DNA of 64,000 bases from NCBI GenBank assembly GCA_963704305.1, contig OY969888.1:3875010-3939009 (forward strand). The letters run 5' to 3'. Position numbers and translations under genes: made by a program. Every line of letters begins with the position of its first letter. Within the stretch, counting starts at the first letter, position 1. Below the pieces are notes generated by a model that did no database searches, had not been told where the DNA came from, and saw only the letters and a list, made by a program, of their open reading frames with translations. Source of the stretch: an uncultured Bacteroidota bacterium (lineage in GTDB: Bacteria > Bacteroidota > Ignavibacteria > Kryptoniales > JAKASW01). This document shows, piece after piece, positions 39,158-47,510 of the stretch.

Positions 39158-39961
39158 CTAGTTGCTCTTGAGTTTCGCCAATACCTTTTCGGTGATTTCC
39201 CGGACATACTGCTCTGAGATCTCTTTCTTGCCGGAGCCGGATGAACTCATTGTCGTCGAAACAGGATGCTCATTACTCGGCATGGGTGTGGCGTCGCAGA
39301 CCGCTACACGTCCCTTGAGACCGTAGTTATCACGGAGCGCCATTAGTCTGTCTCTCTCGAATTCGGGCAAGACATTCAAATTCCCTAGTTGAATCGCATT
39401 CCACACAATATGAGCGGTATGATCGAGAGTTTCCATCCGATGATATGCCGTTAATAGATCAGGGCCAAGCGTGAGAGCTCCGTGGTTCTCCAGCAGAATC
39501 ACATCTGAGTTTTTGATGTGTTCTCTTATCGCATCAGGGATCTCCATGGTAGACGGCAAGCCGTATCTTGCAGTCGGGACTGCGCCGATCGTGAGCACGG
39601 CTTCAGGCAGCACACACTTATTCAGAGGTATTCCTGCGACGGCAAAGCTCGTCGCATATGGCGGATGTGCATGAACGACAGATTTTATGTCGGGGCGCTG
39701 CCTGTAGACCTCAAGATGCATCTTGAGCTCACTCGATGGTTTGTATTTCGGGTTCCCGGTAATGACGTTTCCATTTCTGTCAACCTTTATTATCATGTCA
39801 ATGGTCATGAAACCCTTGCTCACTCCGGTAGGCGTGGTGAGCACCTCTTTGTCGTTTAGCAAGACCGAAATGTTGCCATCATTTGCGGCAACATAACCTC
39901 GCATCCAAATTCTTTTTCCGATCTCGATAATTTCTTTCTTCAGTTCCCATTCCTGGTTCAT
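39158..39961 (-). CDS. class II aldolase (fuculose/rhamnulose-1-phosphate aldolase type) with C-terminal encapsulation-peptide-like extension
   Basis: Aldolase_II core with the His cluster VVHAHPPYAT. The ~45-aa C-terminal tail has a Ser/Gly linker followed by the amphipathic helix EISEQYVREITEKVLAKLK. Confidence 0.85.
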   Translation of the reverse strand: MNQEWELKKEIIEIGKRIWMRGYVAANDGNISVLLNDKEVLTTPTGVSKGFMTIDMIIKVDRNGNVITGNPKYKPSSELKMHLEVYRQRPDIKSVVHAHPPYATSFAVAGIPLNKCVLPEAVLTIGAVPTARYGLPSTMEIPDAIREHIKNSDVILLENHGALTLGPDLLTAYHRMETLDHTAHIVWNAIQLGNLNVLPEFERDRLMALRDNYGLKGRVAVCDATPMPSNEHPVSTTMSSSGSGKKEISEQYVREITEKVLAKLKSN

Positions 39962-39976
39962 CGCATAACTCCTGGT

Positions 39977-40546
39977 CTATATTAGTTCTCTTAATACTTC
40001 CTTATGCGGATTCTTGATTATCGCATAACCTGCAAGCATTCCATCTTGTTTAATATATTCGACGGCGGGCCTTGCTGCAGCTTCAAGTGCGTCGATGTCT
40101 CCGGTCATTACGACAAATCCTTTGCCGCCAACGGCCATCGCGACGTGGACTCGCAAGATCTCCAGCTCCGCCTCTTTGATAGCATAGTCGGCTGCTTTGA
40201 TTGCGGAGACGACGGAGAAAGTTTCAATCACCAATATCGCGTGGACTTCTTTGTCGGTGTTAATCTGCAGCGTGGTCGCGCCGGCGATCGCGGGAAAAAC
40301 GCGCGGATCTATGTTGGGGATGGCGGTCGCATTCACAACTGAAAACCCGCCGATTTCTTTCGCGACATTGATTGCCGTTTCAACATTCGCGGCATCACCG
40401 CGCACAATCATGAGATATTTTCCCGAACAAATTGTCCGAGCCACCATCTTCTCCACGTTCGCCGATTTCAAAACCTCGTCCTGCACCTGAAACCCTTTAT
40501 AAATACTGGCAAGCTCGATTATGCCAACCGCATTTCTAGTGTCCAT
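39977..40546 (-). CDS. BMC-T shell protein, tandem BMC domains, PduT-like
   Basis: 189 aa with two BMC repeats (AVGIIELASIYKG... and ILVIETFSVVSAIKAAD...). The motif ARTICSGKY (Cys40) aligns with the KTICPGKF Fe-S ligand region of PduT. Confidence 0.85.
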   Translation of the reverse strand: MDTRNAVGIIELASIYKGFQVQDEVLKSANVEKMVARTICSGKYLMIVRGDAANVETAINVAKEIGGFSVVNATAIPNIDPRVFPAIAGATTLQINTDKEVHAILVIETFSVVSAIKAADYAIKEAELEILRVHVAMAVGGKGFVVMTGDIDALEAAARPAVEYIKQDGMLAGYAIIKNPHKEVLRELI

Positions 40547-41844
40547 TAGTTCCTCTGGATGACTATTTCGTCTTTTGAAATTTCTCTCACGATCCCATCA
40601 ATGGAAGCGTGAATATTGCTCGATATTCTTCCAGTCGCTCTCCCGATCAGATCATATCTTTTCACCTGATCGCCCTGCTTGACGATGGCTACCGCAGGAG
40701 AGCCTAAATGCTGATTCAACGGCACCCGAACCGTAACGGGATTTATGTCCAACCTCTTCAGCGGACCTTCATCCTTGAACCTCAACACATCGAGTCTCTG
40801 CATGAGCTTCTGAGTTGGAACTCGGCGATAATCGTACATTGGATGAACCGATACCGGCCCTCCATTCCATTTTATGTTTTGCTCACGCAGTAACCGCTTC
40901 TCGATGACCGTCGCGCCCTTCGGATCCAAACCTTCCGGGCATGCATAAAGTGTGCACAGATTACATTCGCAGCAGGAGAAACTTCCCGGGTCGAGCATGG
41001 GAAAGTCCTCTCGGGTGAACATGCGGTTACGCATAGCGGTCTCCGGTCTTACCGGGTGACCTAACAAATATCTAGGGCAGAACTCCGTGCAGAAATTACA
41101 TTGATCGCATCCGGCCTTGGCTATTCGATCCACATCATGGTCTGTCTTGAATCTTTCGTACATGGTAACGCAGTAATGATCGGCAGGTAAAACGATGAGT
41201 GCTCCCGTGCGTTTCGAAACAACATTGTCGAGATTATACTCGAGTGCCCCCATCATCAAACCGCCCGATCGGACGACATAATCCTGCGTGGTGATGTTGA
41301 AATGAGACAGCACTTCAGAAAATGTAATCCCGACAGGAACCTTTATGGTGGCAGGTTCTTCAACTGCACCCGCGACCGAAATAAACTTGTCGACGACCGG
41401 TTTATTGATTCCGATATTATGAAGCGTCTCCACATTTTGAACGATGCATCCAACCGAAATCGGCAAATCACCCGGCTGGACAAGTCTACCCGTCGTCATG
41501 TAAATCAGCGTGATCTCATCTCCTGCCGGATAAACATCTTCAACCGGTACAATAGCGATGTCGTCGTTCACTTTCGAATTGAGAAGTTCAATTTCCTCCT
41601 GATGTTTTTCTTTTATGCCGATGATGCCAGAGCGTGCGCCGGTAATCTGCATGACGGCTTTGAGTCCTTTCAGAACTTCATCCGGATAATGCAAAAGCAT
41701 TTGCATGTCTTTATGAAGAAGAGGCTCACATTCGGCGGCATTCATTATCACGGTATCAGGATGGGAATCCAACTTGACGTGAGTCGGGAACCCGGCTCCT
41801 CCGGCACCGACAACGCCTAAACTCTCTATCTCAATCAATTCCAT
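40546..41844 (-). CDS. PduS/RnfC-like NAD(H)-binding Fe-S flavoprotein
   Basis: GAGGAGFPTHVKL nucleotide/flavin motif, and two 4Fe-4S motifs (CDQCNFCTEFCP and CCECNLCTLYACP). Confidence 0.8.
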   Translation of the reverse strand: MELIEIESLGVVGAGGAGFPTHVKLDSHPDTVIMNAAECEPLLHKDMQMLLHYPDEVLKGLKAVMQITGARSGIIGIKEKHQEEIELLNSKVNDDIAIVPVEDVYPAGDEITLIYMTTGRLVQPGDLPISVGCIVQNVETLHNIGINKPVVDKFISVAGAVEEPATIKVPVGITFSEVLSHFNITTQDYVVRSGGLMMGALEYNLDNVVSKRTGALIVLPADHYCVTMYERFKTDHDVDRIAKAGCDQCNFCTEFCPRYLLGHPVRPETAMRNRMFTREDFPMLDPGSFSCCECNLCTLYACPEGLDPKGATVIEKRLLREQNIKWNGGPVSVHPMYDYRRVPTQKLMQRLDVLRFKDEGPLKRLDINPVTVRVPLNQHLGSPAVAIVKQGDQVKRYDLIGRATGRISSNIHASIDGIVREISKDEIVIQRN

Positions 41845-41860
41845 GACATATCGTCGCTAA

Positions 41861-42139
41861 TTAATTATCCCGATAATCGATCGAATCGACAATTGCAATG
41901 ATGATGGTTCTTATCGGAGCAAGTTCGAGGTTGAACAATGTCTTTGCGACGCCCGGCGCCCCTCCGCAGACAACAGTATCACCAATCCCTGCTCCTACAG
42001 AATCTACGGCAACCCATTCGTCCCCTTTGGGTGTTCCATCAGGAAGAATCGGCTGCACGACAAAGAGGATCTTTCCCGCATATGCCTCATGCTTGGTAGA
42101 CGAGACCACTTTCTTTTCCACTCGCGCCAGGAACATCAC
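41861..42139 (-). CDS. BMC-P pentameric vertex protein (EutN/CcmL family), paralog 4
   Basis: 92 aa: MMFLARVEKKVVSSTKHEAYAGKILFVVQP...AVDSVGAGIGDTV...IIAIVDSI. Confidence 0.85.
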   Translation of the reverse strand: MMFLARVEKKVVSSTKHEAYAGKILFVVQPILPDGTPKGDEWVAVDSVGAGIGDTVVCGGAPGVAKTLFNLELAPIRTIIIAIVDSIDYRDN

Positions 42140-42399
42140 ACGACCTCATCCGCCAGAGCAACTACACTTGCGTTTACCGGAGCGAAGCCTGTGTCAAACG
42201 CTTGCGATGCATCGGTGCTTGTTACAAACACAATTCTCTCTCCTGAGGCGGCAATATTCTGCGGATCGGCGACAACGATCGGATTTCCGACTTTCTTACC
42301 GACAGAAGAAACAGGTTGCACGATGCATAACCTGCAACCGTCTAGCTCGTTTACTTTTCTCGAAGACCAGACGACACCTATGACAACGCCCAATTTCAT
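42136..42399 (-). CDS. BMC-P pentameric vertex protein (EutN/CcmL family), paralog 3
   Basis: 87 aa: MKLGVVIGVVWSSRKVNELDGCRLCIVQP...ASVVALADEV. Confidence 0.85.
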   Translation of the reverse strand: MKLGVVIGVVWSSRKVNELDGCRLCIVQPVSSVGKKVGNPIVVADPQNIAASGERIVFVTSTDASQAFDTGFAPVNASVVALADEVV

Positions 42400-42401
42400 G
42401 A

Positions 42402-42683
42402 TCAGCTTTTGACTCCGTACGTCATCTGGACATCATCTACGATCGCCATGATCACCGCATCAATGGGAGCATTTTTAGTTGCGGCGGTCATCCGAGCCGA
42501 CGAGCCATAAGAAAGGAGGACAAAACTCCCTTCGCCTGCCTGTACCGCATCCACGGCGACGTGATACGAGCTCAGCGGATTGCCTTCATGGTCAACCTCC
42601 TTACACAGGAGAAGTTTCTTCCCGTTCAGGTTTTCATCCTTCTGGGTCGATACGACTGTCCCAACAACTTTTGCGAAAATCAT
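42402..42683 (-). CDS. BMC-P pentameric vertex protein (EutN/CcmL family), paralog 2
   Basis: 93 aa: MIFAKVVGTVVSTQKDENLNGKKLLLCKEV...AVDAVQAGEGSFVLL...DAVIMAIVDDV. Confidence 0.85.
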   Translation of the reverse strand: MIFAKVVGTVVSTQKDENLNGKKLLLCKEVDHEGNPLSSYHVAVDAVQAGEGSFVLLSYGSSARMTAATKNAPIDAVIMAIVDDVQMTYGVKS

Positions 42684-42692
42684 TTTACCGGC

Positions 42693-42968
42693 CTATTTGT
42701 TAAATGATTTTTCCAATTCATCGACCGGACGAGGAATGACGAGCTGAGATACGACCTCGCCTACTTTCGATGCAGCATTCGCCGCCGCATCGATCGCCGA
42801 GCGAACTGCGGCGACATCGCCTTCAACTACAAACGACACGTAACCGCTGCCGACCTGTCGCCACTCGACCAACTCGACATTGGCCGATTTAACGGCCGCA
42901 TCCGCACCCTGTATTAGAGGGGCAAAGCCTTTCGTCTCGAGAATTCCGATTGCGTTTTTCACTGTCAT
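42693..42968 (-). CDS. BMC-H hexameric shell protein
   Basis: The ATG at 42968 is preceded by GAGGAG. Sequence [34 protein letters not shown]...GDVAAVRSAIDAA...VIPRP is the canonical PduA/EutM pattern. Confidence 0.9.
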   Translation of the reverse strand: MTVKNAIGILETKGFAPLIQGADAAVKSANVELVEWRQVGSGYVSFVVEGDVAAVRSAIDAAANAASKVGEVVSQLVIPRPVDELEKSFNK

Positions 42969-43002
42969 TTTATTTCTCCTCAATTCATTTAGAAAATCTC
43001 TG

Positions 43003-44430
43003 TTATGCGAACCTCAGTGCACCGTGTGTCATGACGCGGCGCTTGCGGACAAAATTCAGAGGCGTACAGATTCCTTCGCCGGTCGGAGTGGCGATCGTGT
43101 GTGAGAAATATCCTTCGCCAAGGTCGCCTCCGTTGCCGCGCAGAGTGCCTCCGTTGATCGTATGAACATCACAGTCCAGAACTCTGGTGTATCTTGTCGC
43201 GCGGACGATATCGTTAGTAAAAATGCTGGCGGTATGTTTGAACCTATGTTCCGCCTTCAAGCACGCCTGCAGTCCATCTTCAAAGTCCTTCACCCTGACG
43301 ACTGGAATGCACGACGTCATCTGCTCGGCGACGACCCAGGGGTGATTCCTCTCCGTTTCTCCGAACAACAACGGAACGTCATCGGATATTTCAAGACCTA
43401 TTGCCTTCGCCAGCACATCGGCATTGCGACCAGTGTAATCGCGTTTGATGAGCCAGTGCTTGCCGGAGAGCTCGAGAGCAATTTTGCCAAGCCTGTCCAT
43501 CTGCTCTCTACTCAACCTGACGTTGCCGGCTTTCGACATTTCATTCATGAAAGAATCAAAAACCGACTCAACTACGAAGATTTCTTTTTCAGCAATGCAC
43601 AAAATATTGTTATCAAAGCTGGCACTCTGCGTGATCTCAGTGGCGGCTAATTTCAAATCCGCAGTTTCATCGACCAGCACTGGAGGATTACCAGGTCCAG
43701 CTGCGATGACTTTCTTCGGATAGGTCATCGCCAAGTCAACTACCGCAGGCCCGCCGGTGACCGACAGAAGATCAACTTTCTCATGGCCGAATAAAGTTTT
43801 GACGGCATCGAGGGTTGGTTCCGCAACGCATGTGACGACATTCTTAGGTGCACTCGCATCAACCATGTATTGATTCGCAAGCTGAATGACACGCGAGCTC
43901 ACTTTCTTAGCAGACGGGTGCGGACTGAAAGCTATCGTGTTGCCGGCACAGAGTTGTATGATAATGTTGTTGATGATAGTCGGACCAGGATGTGTGCTCG
44001 GGGCTATATTGCCGATGACTCCAAACGGAACATACACATCAAGGGCAAGGCCGTTCTTTCCAGACCACGCTTTCGGCTGGAGATACTCGACGCCCGGGCT
44101 ATGCTTGGCGGCGTTGACGTATTTGGCAATCTTATGCTCGACGCGGCCCATCCCGGTTTCTTCGACTGTCATTGCCGCGAGCTCTTCTTTGTGATCCATC
44201 GCCATTTGCCTAACGGCATCTGTAATCTTCTTCCTGCACTCCATGCTCCGTTCCCTGAACGACTGGAATGCCTCATATGCCGCCTCGACTGCGTCATTCA
44301 TGTCTTCAAACACGCCCCAGTCACCTTTTTCGCTCTGCCTTGAAAGGTCGTGGCCATTACCGACTTGCGCCACTACTCTAGCGACTACGGTTCGTACAAC
44401 TTCGGTCAACTGTGCGTCGTCTATGTCCAC
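43003..44430 (-). CDS. CoA-acylating aldehyde dehydrogenase (PduP/EutE-like) with N-terminal encapsulation peptide
   Basis: Catalytic Cys context FDNNILCIAEKE. The N-terminal amphipathic helix AQLTEVVRTVVARVVAQV is followed by a linker before the ALDH core. Confidence 0.9.
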   Translation of the reverse strand: MDIDDAQLTEVVRTVVARVVAQVGNGHDLSRQSEKGDWGVFEDMNDAVEAAYEAFQSFRERSMECRKKITDAVRQMAMDHKEELAAMTVEETGMGRVEHKIAKYVNAAKHSPGVEYLQPKAWSGKNGLALDVYVPFGVIGNIAPSTHPGPTIINNIIIQLCAGNTIAFSPHPSAKKVSSRVIQLANQYMVDASAPKNVVTCVAEPTLDAVKTLFGHEKVDLLSVTGGPAVVDLAMTYPKKVIAAGPGNPPVLVDETADLKLAATEITQSASFDNNILCIAEKEIFVVESVFDSFMNEMSKAGNVRLSREQMDRLGKIALELSGKHWLIKRDYTGRNADVLAKAIGLEISDDVPLLFGETERNHPWVVAEQMTSCIPVVRVKDFEDGLQACLKAEHRFKHTASIFTNDIVRATRYTRVLDCDVHTINGGTLRGNGGDLGEGYFSHTIATPTGEGICTPLNFVRKRRVMTHGALRFA

Positions 44431-44446
44431 GTTACTCCTATGCCAT

Positions 44447-44755
44447 CTACTTTGTCAGTTTCTTTTCCAAGTTCAACGGCTCAATCGGGAACTTCGGAAG
44501 AAGTTTTTCGGACGGCCGTGGAATGACAACTTCGGCGGCGACATTTCCGACACTTGATGCTGCCTGTACGCCGGCTTCGACAGCCGCGTTAACCGCTGCA
44601 ACGTCTCCGCGAATGACGATGCCGACTCTTCCCCCACCAATCTTGATCCATTTTCCCAGTTTCACGTTGGCAGATTTCACCGCCGCATCAGCTCCTTGAA
44701 TTGCAGCAGTAAATCCGACAGTCTCAATGACTCCCAATGCGTCCACCATTTTCAC
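44447..44755 (-). CDS. BMC-H hexameric shell protein
   Basis: [33 protein letters not shown]...[14 protein letters not shown]...VIPRP. Confidence 0.9.
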   Translation of the reverse strand: MKMVDALGVIETVGFTAAIQGADAAVKSANVKLGKWIKIGGGRVGIVIRGDVAAVNAAVEAGVQAASSVGNVAAEVVIPRPSEKLLPKFPIEPLNLEKKLTK

Positions 44756-45039
44756 TTCTCCTCTTTTTCGATGCCGATTAATGCGAATACTTCTTCGTGC
44801 GCCGACGGTATGATATTGGTGCTTACCAGCTCACCGACCTTGGCGGCTGCATCGGCACCCGCTTCAACTGACGAGCGTACTGCACCGACCTCTCCGCGGA
44901 CCAATGCCGTAACATACCCTCCACCAATCTCGACTCGCTTCACGAATTCCACATTCGCCGTCTTGAGCATAGCATCGATGGCATGGATCGCTCCGGCGTT
45001 ACCGCGCGTTTCTACAAAACCTAAAGCCACTCGCGACAT
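44752..45039 (-). CDS. BMC-H hexameric shell protein (divergent)
   Basis: [30 protein letters not shown]...[14 protein letters not shown]...IIPSAH. Confidence 0.85.
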   Translation of the reverse strand: MSRVALGFVETRGNAGAIHAIDAMLKTANVEFVKRVEIGGGYVTALVRGEVGAVRSSVEAGADAAAKVGELVSTNIIPSAHEEVFALIGIEKEEK

Positions 45040-45050
45040 TTTTTCTCCTT

Positions 45051-45368
45051 CTAGTTTGATTTATGACCGCTTCTAAGAATTAATCTTCTTTTCGAAATAA
45101 CATCTCTCGCCCCAGGGGTAATGACCGTTCCTTTCGGAAGGACAATTTCACGAACATTCGAATCGAGCGAGAGAAGATGATTCTCCGTAAGAACGGGGCT
45201 CCTGTAATTTTTCAAATCAATTATTTCACAGAGCTGCTTCGGGGCAGATGCAAGATTCGTCGACTTCTCCACTGCCGGAGATGAGCTCACTTTTATTCCA
45301 TGTTTCGAAAGCTCAGCAACCACTTCTTTGACTATAATTTCAATCAGCTTTTCGATTGGCACTTCCAC
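45051..45368 (-). CDS. small BMC-associated protein of unknown function with N-terminal encapsulation-peptide-like helix
   Basis: 105 aa. Has the N-terminal amphipathic helix PIEKLIEIIVKEVVAELSKHG, a Ser/Pro linker, then VLTENHLLSL...IVLPKGTVITPGARDVISKRRLIL. That second motif resembles a short domain I recall at the N-terminus of EutQ-type BMC accessory proteins (low certainty). Confidence 0.5.
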   Translation of the reverse strand: MEVPIEKLIEIIVKEVVAELSKHGIKVSSSPAVEKSTNLASAPKQLCEIIDLKNYRSPVLTENHLLSLDSNVREIVLPKGTVITPGARDVISKRRLILRSGHKSN

Positions 45369-45374
45369 GATGAA

Positions 45375-45674
45375 TCAGCCTCGAGTCGATTTCTTGTAGA
45401 CATTTTTTTTGCCCGAAGAGACCGCATCCACAATTCCAACTATAGTATTGTCAGTGCAGACATTCCTCGTCGTGCTCGTCAACCTTGCGGAGGAAGAAGA
45501 ACAAAGGAGAACGACATCTCCATCGCCCGAATTCACGGTGTCAATGCAGGCCGCAGTTTTCCCGGTATCCGTCAGCCTCTCATCGAGATACTGTACCACC
45601 AGAATTCTTAGGCCATCCACATTCCCTTCCTTCCGAGTCGACACTACTTTTCCGATTACCCTTCCTAGTTTCAT
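45375..45674 (-). CDS. BMC-P pentameric vertex protein (EutN/CcmL family), paralog 1
   Basis: 99 aa: MKLGRVIGKVVSTRKEGNVDGLRILVVQYL...DTVNSGDGDVVLL...IVGIVDAV. Confidence 0.85.
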   Translation of the reverse strand: MKLGRVIGKVVSTRKEGNVDGLRILVVQYLDERLTDTGKTAACIDTVNSGDGDVVLLCSSSSARLTSTTRNVCTDNTIVGIVDAVSSGKKNVYKKSTRG

Positions 45675-45678
45675 CGTC

Positions 45679-46431
45679 TCACATCTTTCCTATGAACTCG
45701 GCGTAAGCTTCTTCCCGGATGTTTGCGGCATTTGCATCGTCGGTATCCAAATGGATCTGCAATTTCCAATTATCGTTGGTCCTTATCAGCACATTTTCGA
45801 AAACGGCACTCTTCTCTCCTCCCAGTCGAACTTTACAACGGTCGCCATTTTTCAATCCGAACATCGACGCCTCTGCATTCGACATGTGAATATGCCTACT
45901 GGCGATGATGGCACACTTCTCACAGTAGATTGAGCCGTTCGGACCAACCAGCGTCAATGGCGCCGCCTCGTCGATCGAGCCGGAGTTCGCAACCGGCGGG
46001 TCGATGCCTAAGAAAATTGAATCGGTAAGTGACAACTCGACCTGATCGTATTTTCTCAGTGGCCCCAGTATTCGGACATTAGCGATGCTCCGAAGTTTCG
46101 GACCGACTATCGTCACCATATATTGTGTTGCAAACTCTCCTGGCTGGTACAACGGTCGCATCGGCTCAAACCTAGCTCCTTTACCGAACAGAGCATGGAA
46201 CGTCTCCGCAGTGAGATGTATGTGCCGATTGGAAACACCGACAGGTATCAAAGGATATTGGGAATTGGCTCCCTGGAGAGACGCTGTTGATCTTGGATCG
46301 GACCGAATAATGCTCTGAACTTCTTTGACGATGAACTCGACCAATTCCTCGTCAGAATAGCCTCGGTGTGTTCTGCATTCACACTCTTGCGCCTTATCCA
46401 AGAGCGTCTCTCCGTCAGTTTCTTGTTTCAT
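45679..46431 (-). CDS. pduL: phosphotransacylase PduL with N-terminal encapsulation peptide
   Basis: Duplicated PduL motifs, VGVSNRHIHL and IASRHIHMS. N-terminal extension contains the helix EELVEFIVKEVQSIIR. Confidence 0.9.
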   Translation of the reverse strand: MKQETDGETLLDKAQECECRTHRGYSDEELVEFIVKEVQSIIRSDPRSTASLQGANSQYPLIPVGVSNRHIHLTAETFHALFGKGARFEPMRPLYQPGEFATQYMVTIVGPKLRSIANVRILGPLRKYDQVELSLTDSIFLGIDPPVANSGSIDEAAPLTLVGPNGSIYCEKCAIIASRHIHMSNAEASMFGLKNGDRCKVRLGGEKSAVFENVLIRTNDNWKLQIHLDTDDANAANIREEAYAEFIGKM

Positions 46432-47201
46432 TTCGCGACCAGCACCTCCACTCCGGCTTTACGGAAATTTTCAATTTCTTTCTTCGGAGCCGACGAGTCA
46501 GTGATGATTCTAGAAATCTGGCTTATGTCTGCAAAAGCAGACAAGCCGGTCTGCCCGAATTTGGTGCCGTCGACCAATATGGTAACTTCTCCGACCCTGC
46601 TTATGATTGCTTTTTTCAATTCAACTTCGATCAAGTGCGCGTCGGTCAGACCCTTCTTCAATGAAATTCCCAAAGCCCCGAGAAACGCTTTACCAATTGT
46701 GAGATTGTTCAGGAAATCGCTTGCCGGAAGTCCGGTGATCGAACCCGACGCATGTCTCAGGTATCCTCCGGGCAGAAGGACGTTGATGTTCTGACAGCCC
46801 ATGAGCTCGATCGCGGTCCAGATACCGCATGGAATTACCGTCACGTCTCTCAACTCCTCACGCTTACGCAGAGCATGGGCTAATGCCAGCGCAGTAGTAC
46901 TTGAGTCGAGCAGGATAGAGTCGAGGGAATCCACAAATGTTGCCCCGAGTCTTCCGATCCTCTGTTTCTTCTGTGAGTTGAGACTCTTTCTTGTCTGGAA
47001 ATTGTACTCCTGTCTCGTGCGCTCTTCGACCAGCTGTGCGCCGCCATGCATCCTCGCTATCTTGCCGAGCTTGTCCAGACTATTCAGGTCGGCTCTTACC
47101 GTTACCTCCGTAACTTTCAGCAGGTTGCTCAGATCCTTGACTGTCATGGTCCCTTTAGCGGCCAACAACTCAAGTATTTTTTGATGTCGCATCTGCACCA
47201 T
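46428..47201 (-). CDS. DeoR-family transcriptional regulator
   Basis: N-terminal HTH (RHQKILELLAAKGTMTVKDLSNLLKVTEVTVRADL) plus a DeoR C-terminal sugar-phosphate sensor domain. It is the first gene of the BMC operon. Confidence 0.9.
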   Translation of the reverse strand: MVQMRHQKILELLAAKGTMTVKDLSNLLKVTEVTVRADLNSLDKLGKIARMHGGAQLVEERTRQEYNFQTRKSLNSQKKQRIGRLGATFVDSLDSILLDSSTTALALAHALRKREELRDVTVIPCGIWTAIELMGCQNINVLLPGGYLRHASGSITGLPASDFLNNLTIGKAFLGALGISLKKGLTDAHLIEVELKKAIISRVGEVTILVDGTKFGQTGLSAFADISQISRIITDSSAPKKEIENFRKAGVEVLVAK

Positions 47202-47228
47202 AAGACAATAGCTCTTAACTCGAAGCCA

Positions 47229-47280
47229 ATATAAAACCCCTTTCGTTTACTTGCAATATTCTTTCGACTTTTTTCGAAAA
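47229..47280 (-). promoter_or_regulatory. candidate promoter of the deoR-BMC operon with overlapping TTTCG(A) repeat operator
   Basis: Minus strand reads TTGCAA (47257-47252), 17-nt spacer, TATATT (47234-47229). The palindrome TTTCGA-N6-TCGAAA (47263-47280) lies just upstream, and further CTTTCG copies sit inside and around the spacer. Confidence 0.4.
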
Positions 47281-47510
47281 TATTTCTTTTATTTTTGTGA
47301 GCACGCGAAATTGAGCCATTTAGAAGGGTTGTGGATAAGAGGGATGCTTGCGTGAACCGGGAGTGGGCCTAATTGAAATCTTTCACCAATGTCTTTCGCC
47401 TCAGATACAATGTTCTGCCGTGCGACGTGACCCGGTATTACGATTATTTGCCGGTAAAGAAATGCAACAGAGACCAATTCCCCGAAATGTGAGAACCCTG
47501 TTCCCTGACC

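Noticed and set aside
43162-44343. Plus-strand ORFs of 92-162 aa inside the aldehyde dehydrogenase gene
   Set aside because: They are antisense shadow ORFs of a well-supported 475-aa ALDH.
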